NCBI GenBank assembly: GCA_964399235.1
Contig: CAYNQC010000002.1
Coordinates: 3,224 to 67,223 of the forward strand
Direction of reading: 5' to 3'
Source: an uncultured Candidatus Bathyarchaeia archaeon
GTDB lineage: Archaea > Thermoproteota > Bathyarchaeia > Bathyarchaeales > Bathycorpusculaceae
DNA: 64,000 nucleotides
The translations under genes and the position numbers were made by a program. Shown here in pieces: positions 55,801 to 62,887 of the stretch. The first letter of the stretch is position 1, and the number at the start of each line of letters is the position of its first letter. A model generated the notes under the pieces. The model saw only the letters and a list, made by a program, of their open reading frames with translations, was not told where the DNA came from and searched no databases.

Positions 55801-57852
55801 GGCAAGATCAAGGGTCCCAAGGGCTCCCGGGGTATCGCCAATCAGGCTGGTTTCAAGAAGCTGTCGGGTGGCCCCGAGGAGCTGAACAACCCCCTGGAGA
55901 ATATCATCCTGGGCGCCGCCAATATCCTCCGCCGGTCAATGGCGAATAAGGCCAGTCAGCTCTATCGCAACAACCTCCAGCCCACCGGCATTCTGGAGAA
56001 GATCCCGCCTGCCTTCAAGCAGGTGATCGTGCCGGCTGGGCAGATCAAATCCTTCCTGAAGAACAATCCAGACTTCGATGCGTGGTTGACTTCCATTGGC
56101 CAGAATGCCCGCGCCATGCCGACAGCGACCTTCCAGGGCCTGCTGAAGATGTGGTCCATGCAGGCCCCCACAGACCCTGATGTGATCCGGATCATGGACA
56201 ATGGCCAGGCCAACTACTACCGGGTGCATGACCAGGGGCTGCTGCGGGCGCTTGCCGGGGCTGAGCGAGTCAACCTTGGCGGGATCCTGAAGCCGCTGGT
56301 GTTCTTCAAGCAGTTGCTGACCTCGGCGGTGACCAGCACCCCGGAGTTCATCGCCCGTAACTGGATCCGTGATGCCGTCCACAACTGGACCATCAACCCC
56401 GATATGGGCATCACCCATCTGATGAGTGGCACCAAGGCTGCTTTGCAGAATAACGGGCATGCGATCGATATGGGGTTTGCCGGGGCGGCCTTTGGCGGCG
56501 GTGGGTACGTCAATGCCAACGAGCCTGGCACCATGGATAGGATGATCAAGCGAGCCCAGCAGGCAACCGGCACCACCTCGGCCAGCGGCGCTGCCAGCAC
56601 CCTGTTCGACTGGACCTCGCGAGCCTGGGGTCAGTACATGGAGATCAATCACCGGTTTGAGAATGCCGGCCGTGAAGCTCGCTATGAGCAGGTGTTGGCG
56701 GCGACCGGGTTGACGGGCAGGGCAGCCTTCGAGGCCAAGGACGTCCTAGACTTCTCCATGCGCGGCAACTTCAAGTCCATGCAGATCCTGACGGCGGTAC
56801 TGCCCTTCTTTAATGCCAGGCTCCAGGGGCTGTACAAGCTGGGTCGGGCCGGGGCGCTGCCTTACAATCGGAAAACGCTGCTTTCAAAAGTGGTGATGCG
56901 CGGGGCGATGATCGCCATGGCGTCGGCCATGCTGCTGGCGGCCAACAAGGATGACCCGCGCTACCAGGCTCTGAATGACTGGGAGAAGGATAACTACTGG
57001 TGGTTCTTCTTCCCGAAGGGGTTCCCGATCGAGCGGATCCACATGCCCAAGCCCTTCGAGGTCGGGTTCATCTATGGGACCCTGATTGGTGAGCGGCTGC
57101 CGCAGAAGATCATGGGCAACGATAACTGGAAGAAGCTTGGTTCTCGCTTCCTGCGTGGCACCTACGATCAGTTGGCCTTCGACCCCATCCCGCAGGCATT
57201 CCGGCCGACCTTTGATGTCGTCAAGAATCGGGTCAGCTTCACGGGCGCGCCCATCGAGGACTTCAGTGACGAGGGTTTGCTCAAGGCAGCTCGGTACAAC
57301 GAGTCCACCTCGAAGACTATGAGGTTGATTGGGGAAGGAGTCTCCGACACCATCAATTTGTCACCCAAGCAGCTTGAGGCGCTCTACAGGGGCTACTTCG
57401 GCTCGATGGGCATGTACCTACTGGCGGCTAGTGATGGGGTCGTAAACGCGCTCACAGGCGGTCCTAGGAGTCCTGCGTGGGAGGCTGGGGATGCGCCGCT
57501 GCTGAAGGCGTTCCTGTCGCCGGAGGTGCCGAGGAGCACCCAGCACAAAACCGACATTTATGATTTTCGCAGGGATATCAACGAGATATACAAAACCGTC
57601 ACAACCTATGCGTTGGAGGGTCGGGTCGCGGAGGCTCAGGCGCTCATCGAGAAGAATAAGGCCAAGCTTGACCAGCGCCCAGTTCTTAACTCGGCCGCCA
57701 AGATGCTGACCACGGTTAGGAAATCGATGGATGTTGTGCTGAGGGATCCAGACAAGAGTTCGGCTGAAAAACGTATAGAACTCAATAGATTACAAGAGAG
57801 GGCAAACACGATTGCCGAGGTGACAGCCAAGATGGTTCGGGTGGCGTGGTGA
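46846..57852 (+). CDS. giant polyvalent virion protein (3668 aa)
   Basis: ATG 46846 5 nt after AAGGAGAGG; Gly-zipper hydrophobic N-region, Ala/Pro linkers, RadC-like JAB, HExxH and ART-like domains, long C-terminal region. Confidence 0.8.
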   Translation: MANWWETPQQPVPLPSAQPDLGSMDLAQLYREAYGFRDVPPSAAPLPPVASTEPVPPQPGLLSDVGNLLKRGYASTAEGVNWLAGQTPGLNNIPALDWQGNADYWKQVADQTTQKLSLAQQAAGEKKFFNEDYTPGEAWKDPRSYLGGAVESIPGTVVGMAAGAPIAGIVNKVGMGLLTRGATAAAEKALAGGAEAAAVKAAGQVTNKAAGRVAMGAGAVGYGAGEGVTAAATDGAQARDLVMGRSPEEMAASPLYQQLLAKGLPPDQAQQQVADTVAEQVATRAGISVAVMGAPMGAVFGKWFHSAGGEKITKSLLGELAVGTLGEGAQEFPQSGAEQFFQNQAIKQHVDPKQKLWEGVLNASVAGSVSGAVMGGAMGGFQGIGAKAGAANARINEELSKAAFANNLQFATADDLHAAMAHLDTLGQQKDLPKESIDRVAQARSTIQAEMALRATPETLAQPLRDDQGNVQPRAESAFLGLSERPHGLSDDQLAEAANRPLGEDAPAEWGAAQDRYKAEIAHRTALSNTVKHFTDNPGAVGGVSSRILDIVSGRPLTPKGYGSTDFNLATLSDDLLTRYRMAGEVLLRDHPETLGKKQTSKLTEAVDQLHQEADRRAAGQQGNPEEIKVNEQVTSLASQPAKKFSDTVKTLSAEALTRAAKIIESRLQLEPALAPKLEEINARVGVLQAQQASVQQASVATPAPESVQGAAPVVEAVAPATPAPAPAAAVPESVVAPAPSAQAAPAVTAPAPSAPSAPSALALPAPATPVAVERVAAGLPVIYSNKDRIKEVKANPNYNVIALPDGRAKVVGVLHPKTQQWIGFPPNAPVPAAPKALPAPAPTTPAAQPVEAAQPAAEVAPKGGAASAIPSAPSVEPPIEAPSVPVTKPKKVTSNATSIRQDQRFPSQRGQEGQSGVQQGSEPGGGNLRVQGKKQVAAKQVGETVTRQVVSTKGKFGLPKSSPDGVAANAKLLPHGANRQATLVKGFDSLNRNRQRAVLGHVISVLQDDEVARSVVKTIPVDVMDMLTGKDGSSEEVLHNPSMLRNALIVPLDASIPAGVSRFIESIAGRAASASTSPAAVKASLTNKTAGSELSGKNGPTKVASKGNGSQGVGSESSKKQESIRGQRQSKQAAKSVTPLQSTATMARHAAYKTLGINWNKTHEVVKQDQDWAVVEKPTVAKEEGPLAAPNLDLFAEPNPDQFDLFSDAEPTNDPKLQKAQDGARKAVEALRTQRGSILGNAIAKDFEDHSITSLIGKKIRSAKDLAVLAQVYRNPSFETFRYFFTKGNAVVAQTATTARLPGCTPIFTGHDTTWGDGLEQLKRMMAESGADGYYILHNHPSGSPEPSAADVQVTKGLAAMLPGFKGHVVIDQTKYGLMRANGSQLVADLPEKALQDDTRYNVDRQYTRPHFALGARINSSADVAATASALRYNSGSGYFQLVGTNRHGVRGIMEVPIEALKGYRQTKTGSLRIVAEVRRFARTTGSVDIFAINLPGNIGRMSVLGAIKSGLFKDVHFAGDTNTIRETTIVGTTPGAEMGRIGSRGIGASESQASPYVETKLAESEPIVPKGMAGLQNAASISAINHLAKARKFDSNLELKDVIEDRVTAAAARLKDFNLRAKTLGQREKSYLSTQLYNEMRQGLLSGSDALGWYEGKVHGAFEYLALKHPELKFLDKDHGGMEQVRRNRFAYTYILAMTSNGTKVEKNAENAQRLYTRFLENGHLPTTGFGSGTAATNIEKSAELFNELADRFGIDRFGRMMMTQFKVIDLSNAGIKTSGETSDQDVLGALVLGPKLGNGFFANLNGIFDQLTMDRWFMRTWGRLIGHLREVYPERVNTHRASVRDIINNLTNEVRDVIVDHLTRPGSRQATKDKAKLLTAAMAPGATDEDIDALAWMVKGLTVSDQFRDILNPAGNGQGSELRLATNSLTTNLMGDIEAPTRTQRPQIREVMTEAIRLLGEHTGVNLTAADAQALLWYPEKLLYDKAKLAAGQEKTYAADDLPDYENIARQLVATLGVPQHEIDAVTSRLAGERATPDAGRSAGAVLPGPGGEGLQADSGQLRYAGFNEGERREFLRQETLRTLHTGPAFGGDNTGLPGSFKGGSPGSLRYELGGTSYDVVTTQTFNPSQLVTHRFGRAAITPLKIAEVDTADAKSVEAFHAAVADAKANTLYGAAVEPKSIAQLSGQEDGYQGIRLFMTKDGKSGFAIKKNGDIVSVFSQSREGVQFTTGSMLMLAIQEGGRKLDAYDIGLPRLYSVHGMKEVARTPFNEQYAPEDWDYEVFKKFNNGRPDIVFMVFDPDRAHFAIYGDGAPRAAPVPEYDDGVNIQQAAIESLRAQRQTANAQAGITPRLRYSKSAGGVGVSIQEARAQLINAIGAAQVQALEKAGRLVFHESDPTGMGGAGYVDSKGVIHLIPANMDSTALDVALHEAVHVGKDDRFFEGSRAQIQLAHATLSLVGLKNFIGAPSFNDLAGQVRRLAAAGNKAAQDALAKATEVDPTNVDEESVAYLSQYADAKLPLVRRILAAIRAVLYRMGVKIELRPEDIRALAMSALKARASMTTQTQRVAPAYSEPGIEVTDISWEEFSRIRNAYMTAPKTSEGAFKAWFGKGVEGVNAINGKPLTLYHASSGGYTQWDETKAGQASGHPTSGLGFFMTADAGAAARYGNNVQEFYVKISNPYYLTDADLMGLNSVDDATKLRRRLQSQGYDAGVVTAPGAAPYVIAFTSNQVKFTSNTNPTASPDFRYSLTGRPVATGLTGDRILDEFNRKAGMSERESTIQAVQRVMKNPAQRQTVIQSMINRFIEGTFDETHQGKLHELAQGIDISDPSVSGNAAQRLSTGWADTLYHILVHGAPMWRNGVVARKTMKGLFDILSPVSDPELMREWLGWRAATRADRLLRERNPDGTPKEKNFTRAEVDHVLNRINADPAKLAMFESVGVEFNQFESDMLDLAVGAGLVDARLAAQWKAHEDYLPFFREVEGKIKGPKGSRGIANQAGFKKLSGGPEELNNPLENIILGAANILRRSMANKASQLYRNNLQPTGILEKIPPAFKQVIVPAGQIKSFLKNNPDFDAWLTSIGQNARAMPTATFQGLLKMWSMQAPTDPDVIRIMDNGQANYYRVHDQGLLRALAGAERVNLGGILKPLVFFKQLLTSAVTSTPEFIARNWIRDAVHNWTINPDMGITHLMSGTKAALQNNGHAIDMGFAGAAFGGGGYVNANEPGTMDRMIKRAQQATGTTSASGAASTLFDWTSRAWGQYMEINHRFENAGREARYEQVLAATGLTGRAAFEAKDVLDFSMRGNFKSMQILTAVLPFFNARLQGLYKLGRAGALPYNRKTLLSKVVMRGAMIAMASAMLLAANKDDPRYQALNDWEKDNYWWFFFPKGFPIERIHMPKPFEVGFIYGTLIGERLPQKIMGNDNWKKLGSRFLRGTYDQLAFDPIPQAFRPTFDVVKNRVSFTGAPIEDFSDEGLLKAARYNESTSKTMRLIGEGVSDTINLSPKQLEALYRGYFGSMGMYLLAASDGVVNALTGGPRSPAWEAGDAPLLKAFLSPEVPRSTQHKTDIYDFRRDINEIYKTVTTYALEGRVAEAQALIEKNKAKLDQRPVLNSAAKMLTTVRKSMDVVLRDPDKSSAEKRIELNRLQERANTIAEVTAKMVRVAW
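49699..50229 (-). CDS. HNH homing endonuclease gene, antisense and codon-aligned inside the giant gene
   Basis: CDFCGTVF...YCSRTCA ribbon, EHRWVMQNLLGRPILSSEHVHHINGDGLDNRPCNLVILKHADHMAEH (HNH_3-like), C-terminal HTH SVRAVGKQLGVCGDTIWRRL; no ATG before the ribbon (TTG start only). Confidence 0.6.
   Translation of the reverse strand: MSAYTLLLLTAFGAHPLATITLACDFCGTVFTRKFAAGRLVRQAGFYCSRTCAGRCRPTGYRLDKSAHTSRYRRIKRDNKSITEHRWVMQNLLGRPILSSEHVHHINGDGLDNRPCNLVILKHADHMAEHRTLPIPIETIKALYESGLSVRAVGKQLGVCGDTIWRRLRKAKFALR
50611..50980 (+). other. RadC-like JAB/MPN domain of the giant protein
   Basis: YYILHNHPSGSPEPSAADVQVTKGL (HNHPSG at 50860-50877). Confidence 0.7.
52916..53194 (+). CDS. 92-codon ORF in +1 frame nested in the giant gene
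   Basis: AGGAG 9 nt upstream of ATG; in-frame TAG 5 codons upstream; third positions GC-rich in this frame but not in the giant-gene frame. Confidence 0.45.
   Translation: MKSMQSPADLPESEQRLTPDDQQELFYQGLEGKDFKQIAANLDTLVSTKERGESSSGKKPSALSIPDLLLEGIIRDYPGLSREEAQAVLDMS
54010..54480 (+). other. zincin-like metallopeptidase domain of the giant protein
   Basis: ALDVALHEAVHVGKDD, HEAVH at 54139-54153. Confidence 0.55.
54640..55050 (+). other. ADP-ribosyltransferase-like domain (polyvalent-protein type)
   Basis: FKAWFGKG...GKPLTLYHASS...GLGFFMTADAGAAARYG...VQEFYVKISNP...GYDAGVV...VIAFTSNQVKF. Confidence 0.55.
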
Positions 57853-57884
57853 ACACCACAGACTTATGAACACCACGCCGGTCA

Positions 57885-57994
57885 TGACCAAACCCAACCG
57901 TACCATGCCGTGCCCGACCTATCCATTCCTGGCCTCTGCACGCCTCGGCCGTCCCTGCCATGCCCGGCCGTCCCGATCCAAGCCTTACCTGGCC
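57885..57994 (-). repeat. (GGNNN)n pentamer array A8, G-rich strand is the minus strand
   Basis: Plus strand reads 22 in-phase NNNCC pentamers (tgacc aaacc caacc gtacc atgcc ...), 20 end in CC. Confidence 0.85.
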
Positions 57995-58057
57995 ACGTCG
58001 CGCACCACAAAAGGATGCATGGAATGAGCCATGTTTGTTTGGAATTAGCAAAAAGGT

Positions 58058-58082
58058 GGAGCCCTGAGTCGCACAGGGCTTT
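58058..58082. terminator. hairpin terminator candidate between convergent operons
   Basis: (gg)agccctg-agtcgca-cagggct(tt), then ctgtttcc on plus strand; on minus strand followed by ccaccTTTTT. Confidence 0.5.
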
Positions 58083-58181
58083 CTGTTTCCGGGCTAGCCG
58101 CAACAGAATAAGCTTTTGCCCGAGGCGGAGCGGGCAGACAGATAGTACCTACGCTTAAGGGGTTATGCAAGCCAATAGAGG

Positions 58182-60923
58182 TCAAGCCCATCCGACAAAT
58201 ACAGAGGCAAACATCTGTTCTTGCCAGGTATCCCAATCTATCAATGGCAGTGTATCGTCGGTAACGTTATACATCGGTCGGTATGTCATTAGTACCCCGT
58301 TCTCAAATAGCCCCCACTGTTTGAGGGTGAGCGCTATGCATCGGTAACTCTCGTTAAGCGCAACCATAGCGTCGAACCAGGGGTAAAATTCAACAGGGCT
58401 TATTTCGACTTCCCATTTGTGCTCCCCAAAGCAGTCTGATGGAGTTATCCCCTCTGCCGGGTAATCAACGTATGGAGGCGCAAATGCGGTTACTGCATAT
58501 CGTTTTGCCCCGGTATGTATGGCCGTCTCATTAAACGTGAGCTCAGAGTTTCCTGCCGATGCGTAGTACAGCTTTTTGGTATCGAACTCCTCATCCCAGT
58601 TCCCTTCATAAGCTCTGTATATTTGTCCGCCGCCAGCATCCTGCTGAAACCTCACATCGTTGTATGTTGGTGAATCCGCGACATGGGAAAGAACCCAGCC
58701 ATCTCCCTCATATGGGCCTATGCCGGCGCCCCTCATCCACCATCTAAGCGGCTCATTTTCATAAAACTCGGTATGCGCATCTTCAAAAACGGCCGTCCCA
58801 GACCAGTGGGTTGGCCTTCTTGTATATGAATACTCTACGTTTCTGTGCCCTTCATTGCTTATCTCATCCCTCTGTATATACACTGAATCCCCGCTATTGT
58901 ATGGGAAGACAAGCGTGTGCCTGAATGAGATAACTGCCCGGCGATGATCCATAAAGGATTCCCATGCACCACTAGGCTCAACTATATCAACCCTGATTCC
59001 ACCATACATCCTATCTGGTATTTCTTGTGGATCGCTCCCGCTGCATGTCTTGGCGCTCAACGGCCAGTAGTCTAAATCGTTATACCCGCCAAAATTGGCC
59101 ATCGCCGTCCTGTATCGAGTAGTGGTTGGCCCAAAGTCAACCCGCATGTCGATGGCCTGATGGTAGTACGTGTAATACTCTGGAGATTCCAGCAAGTCTT
59201 CATGAATCGATATCTCGCCCGGGTCTGCGTCTGTGGCCAGGTAATAGCCATTCCTGGAGTCTATGTAGTTTGTGAAGAATACGTCCTGGTCTCTTCTTGA
59301 CGCGGATGGCCCGCACGCATAGAAGCTCCCCGTTGTCATTCCCCCCGCGTAATTGTTAAACTGAGTATCCACCTGGGCGTTGGTGTAGGCTGTAGATGGG
59401 GAGGAGTACTTATCCCTAACAACTACCAACCTGCTTTCCCCGTCTTCTGTGATTGAATACCAGCAATACATGGGGGCATCAAAATCCATAGACGCCGGGT
59501 ATCCCCTGGTTGGCCCAAGCCTCCACTCATGCCAATCTTCCCATTCAAGAATGTGCCCGAAGCTGGCTGGCTTCCTCCAGGGACGCAAGCATTTGTTGAA
59601 CGGAGTTGCGGATACCTCTTCGACTGTGCTTAGAGCTGCCGAGAATGGCACATCTTCTTTGGCACCTAAGAAAGACAGGGTTATTTTGTACCGCCTAAAA
59701 ATATGATGACTAATAACCCCGGAGGCCGAGATAGTTTCCATTGTTACTATCTGTGCTTCGTCGCCTTTATAATTGAATTTCCAGCCTTCATGAAGCGGGG
59801 AGCCTGCCATGCCGGCAAGTAACCCATCGTTTATGGGGATGGCAGGCCCGAACTTTACGCACCTGGATAGGAAATATGACTCAATCTTTGTTCTTTCTAT
59901 AAAGGTTAATGATTGGTTCTGGAGCAGGGTTCTTCTGAGTATTGCAGACTCAAATGGGAAGTATAGTTTCTGTGCGGATAACGAGATTCCATCTATTTTT
60001 AGAAGCCAATACTCATAATCATCTGACACATACATCCCTCGGCTGTAATCCCAATTAAATGCTATGTTTGGGTTACCTACAGATTGCCAATAATCACCCA
60101 TTATCCCTGAAACAATCGCCGAAACCTCTTCAGAGAAAGGGTCTGTCTTGCCTTGCTCGTCGAGGACAAAGCTGTTGTTAATTACCCCCCCGAGGATCGC
60201 CTGCAGATAGAGCTTTAGCCGGCCCGTAGCATATCCTGGGTTTGGTGTACATGCTTGAGTTCTCGTGTACTCGAACGTTTTTATACCGCCAGCAAAATAC
60301 TCAAAAGTTTGTAGGGCGATCGAGTGAAGATGGTCTGCCGGCGGGTATCCGCTACCATCCTCTACTGCGTGGGGGGCTCTTACCTCACCATCTGTTACCG
60401 ACAATAGAACATCGTTCTGGTTAAGGATAAGCGCTATCTCATCAAGCCATCTCGGCCTAAGAGAAGTGTTTAAGGCCTCATATTGCTCGCCCCCGTAATA
60501 AAGCAGGTTGGTTGTTGGGAGAGCCCCAGATGAGATATTCCCTAGATTTACAAGCCCGGTTTCCAGGAACACATAGATGCTCCTCCCATCAACATCCTTT
60601 TTCTTCCGAACATCAACCTCGATTATCCGAATATCGCCATTGCGGATTACCCTTATTTCTGTCCCATCAGATAGTCTTACATGCTTGGCGCCCTGAGCTA
60701 TCCTCCCCAGCTCTGTCCTATTGATTACATCTCCTAAAATTGTCTGAGCAATAGGCAGGTATTCGGCCGCTATCTTTGGGTCTCCCTGCAAGCGCTTAAT
60801 GGCCGGGAGGGTATTCCTAACATTCAGGCTATTGTTTGCCTGATGATTACCGCGATCAAGGCTATCAAGAATAGAGTCTTCCGGTGGCCTTCTCCTGTCT
60901 CGCCCCCCTATTCTATTAATCAC
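58182..60923 (-). CDS. large tail/structural protein (913 aa)
   Basis: Long Tyr/Trp/Gly-rich beta-type ORF in the tail module. Confidence 0.6.
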   Translation of the reverse strand: MINRIGGRDRRRPPEDSILDSLDRGNHQANNSLNVRNTLPAIKRLQGDPKIAAEYLPIAQTILGDVINRTELGRIAQGAKHVRLSDGTEIRVIRNGDIRIIEVDVRKKKDVDGRSIYVFLETGLVNLGNISSGALPTTNLLYYGGEQYEALNTSLRPRWLDEIALILNQNDVLLSVTDGEVRAPHAVEDGSGYPPADHLHSIALQTFEYFAGGIKTFEYTRTQACTPNPGYATGRLKLYLQAILGGVINNSFVLDEQGKTDPFSEEVSAIVSGIMGDYWQSVGNPNIAFNWDYSRGMYVSDDYEYWLLKIDGISLSAQKLYFPFESAILRRTLLQNQSLTFIERTKIESYFLSRCVKFGPAIPINDGLLAGMAGSPLHEGWKFNYKGDEAQIVTMETISASGVISHHIFRRYKITLSFLGAKEDVPFSAALSTVEEVSATPFNKCLRPWRKPASFGHILEWEDWHEWRLGPTRGYPASMDFDAPMYCWYSITEDGESRLVVVRDKYSSPSTAYTNAQVDTQFNNYAGGMTTGSFYACGPSASRRDQDVFFTNYIDSRNGYYLATDADPGEISIHEDLLESPEYYTYYHQAIDMRVDFGPTTTRYRTAMANFGGYNDLDYWPLSAKTCSGSDPQEIPDRMYGGIRVDIVEPSGAWESFMDHRRAVISFRHTLVFPYNSGDSVYIQRDEISNEGHRNVEYSYTRRPTHWSGTAVFEDAHTEFYENEPLRWWMRGAGIGPYEGDGWVLSHVADSPTYNDVRFQQDAGGGQIYRAYEGNWDEEFDTKKLYYASAGNSELTFNETAIHTGAKRYAVTAFAPPYVDYPAEGITPSDCFGEHKWEVEISPVEFYPWFDAMVALNESYRCIALTLKQWGLFENGVLMTYRPMYNVTDDTLPLIDWDTWQEQMFASVFVGWA

Positions 60924-60925
60924 GG

Positions 60926-62887
60926 CTATACTCTCTTCTCCTCGTAATAATGGTATTCACTAAACTGATCAGAAGTCGTAGACCCAGAACTCAACGACGC
61001 ACCGACGTTCATGGCGCTCATGGCCGACCCGGCAAGCTGAGAGCCGGTCCTGGCAATTCCGTCCAGCGCCGACAGCGCGACCTTCGATAACTCAAGCTCC
61101 TTGGTTTGTTCCAGGTCAGCCTCTTTTAGCGTTATATCCGCCTCCAGCTTATTAACGGACAGGAAGTAATCGAGCTTCTTCATTCCAAAATCGGTATACG
61201 CTGACTCTACGAAAGCCTTGGTTTTGTAGATGTCTGCGCCAAGACTTTGCTGTTTAACCAGCGATTCAACACGCGCAATCTCGGTCTGCAGTTCAGCCTT
61301 GTATTGCTCAAGCTGGCTTTGCCATGCCTCTAGCGATAGCTTTACTCCAGTAATATCGAGGTCGGCCATCACCTTGGCCGCATCCACTTGGCTGGCATAC
61401 CCTGCTACACGCGAGGAGAACGCTTTTGCCTGGGCATCAAATAATTCTACTTTGCTCTTCTCTGCGTCGGCAGCAATGCCATAAGCCCTCCACTCTGATT
61501 CGTAAGCGCCCACCTGTGCAGTGTAGATGGCTACCATTTTTGCCGACCATTCCAGCTTCGCAATCTCTGCCTTTAGCAGGCTATCTGCGGCTTCTACCTG
61601 GCTCTTGTAGATGGAGACTCTGATTCCGATAGCTTCCCATTGTGCCTTGTAAATCTCTATTCCCTGCTGGTTGAGCTGTCCAATAAGCTTTTGCCCTTCA
61701 AGTTCTGATTTGAATATCTCCAGCTTTGCAAGCTCTGCCTGTAACTGATCTTTTATGGTTTCAAATTCAACCTGCCAGGCGGATACCTTAGCTTTATAAA
61801 GGTCAATGGCGGCCTGCAGTATCTTTAGGTCAACCTCTATATCGGTCTGAGCAAGGGATTGTACGATCCCATACAGCTTCGCCCAGGAATCTCTCAGCAT
61901 TCCTTCGTAGCTCATCCCTTGCTGGATGGCAAATCGCAAGTTCTCAATCTCTAGTTTTGCCTCCTCTACCCACAGGTCCCTGTTTAGTTGAGCTTTCTTG
62001 TCTCTGTTTAGCTGTCGCACCTGGGCAAGCTTGGCCTCTAGCGCCCCCCCTGGCAAGGTGAACCCTCTGGATAGCCAGTCAGTGATAGCGACTTGTTCCG
62101 CCTGAAATGCTTGTTGGTCTTCGGCGGCGAATGCCCTGTCTCTCAGCGCCTGAGCAACTGCCGGGGGTAGTCCCGTAGATGTGCCAGACAGTAGCTCAGA
62201 CAGGCGCGGACATAGGCTTGCCAGTGCAGAGCAGTTGCCGACAAATGCCGTCAATTGTTGATTCGTTAGCGCGTAATAGGCCAGGGCCAGAGAATTAAAA
62301 TCTTCCGGGCTTGCCATGACTGGTGCTATTGGAGTGGATGCACGCAGAGACGCGATCAGCGCTTCAACGGCAGCCAAGTCTGGGGGGTCGAGCGTTGGGA
62401 GCGAGACAGGCCTTATCTCTGGCAAGTCGGGATCGCCAGTTACAGGAACTTCAGGATACTCGGGAGCGGTTAGTGGAGATGGGCCTGCAGGGGCCGCAGG
62501 AAGCGTGCTTGATGGCCGGCTGGGCAACTGTATCGGGAGCGGGGTATCGGTGAATAGCGGGACGGCTAACTGAGAAAACCTATTTTTTGCCTCCGTGAGG
62601 GCACCGTCTACGTCTGCTTTCGACATAGGCTCCCCAGGACTCGGCGGAATATTAAATGGGGTCTCTACAGCCTCTGGAGCAGGCTCCGGCTTTACGTAGT
62701 CAGGGATCCCGGCCACATTCCCAGTAGTAAGGCTCCCGGTCCCATAGCCGGCAGCTTGTGGCGAGTCAGAATAGGCTCCCGAGATTTGATTGAGCGCCTC
62801 TATGGCAGTGTGAAAGCTGGTATCGGCATAGTGTTTGAAAGAGTCTATCTGCGCCTGCACGAGCTCATTTGTGGAAATCCAAGCCAT
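60926..62887 (-). CDS. coiled-coil tail/ejection protein (653 aa)
   Basis: Pro-rich N-third, then about 400 aa of heptad-like repeats (KAELQ..., KSQVEA...). Confidence 0.6.
   Translation of the reverse strand: MAWISTNELVQAQIDSFKHYADTSFHTAIEALNQISGAYSDSPQAAGYGTGSLTTGNVAGIPDYVKPEPAPEAVETPFNIPPSPGEPMSKADVDGALTEAKNRFSQLAVPLFTDTPLPIQLPSRPSSTLPAAPAGPSPLTAPEYPEVPVTGDPDLPEIRPVSLPTLDPPDLAAVEALIASLRASTPIAPVMASPEDFNSLALAYYALTNQQLTAFVGNCSALASLCPRLSELLSGTSTGLPPAVAQALRDRAFAAEDQQAFQAEQVAITDWLSRGFTLPGGALEAKLAQVRQLNRDKKAQLNRDLWVEEAKLEIENLRFAIQQGMSYEGMLRDSWAKLYGIVQSLAQTDIEVDLKILQAAIDLYKAKVSAWQVEFETIKDQLQAELAKLEIFKSELEGQKLIGQLNQQGIEIYKAQWEAIGIRVSIYKSQVEAADSLLKAEIAKLEWSAKMVAIYTAQVGAYESEWRAYGIAADAEKSKVELFDAQAKAFSSRVAGYASQVDAAKVMADLDITGVKLSLEAWQSQLEQYKAELQTEIARVESLVKQQSLGADIYKTKAFVESAYTDFGMKKLDYFLSVNKLEADITLKEADLEQTKELELSKVALSALDGIARTGSQLAGSAMSAMNVGASLSSGSTTSDQFSEYHYYEEKRV

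Noticed and set aside
53368-56652. Long antisense ORFs inside the giant gene (53368-54318, 54964-55767, 55936-56652)
   Set aside because: They are typical GC3-driven antisense open frames. The translations are low-complexity and motif-free, unlike the antisense HNH at 49699-50229, which has a clear catalytic signature.
46846-57852. Giant ORF as an N4-like virion RNA polymerase
   Set aside because: The size is similar, but I could not find T7-like polymerase motifs. Instead JAB, HExxH and ART-like signatures point to a polyvalent effector protein.
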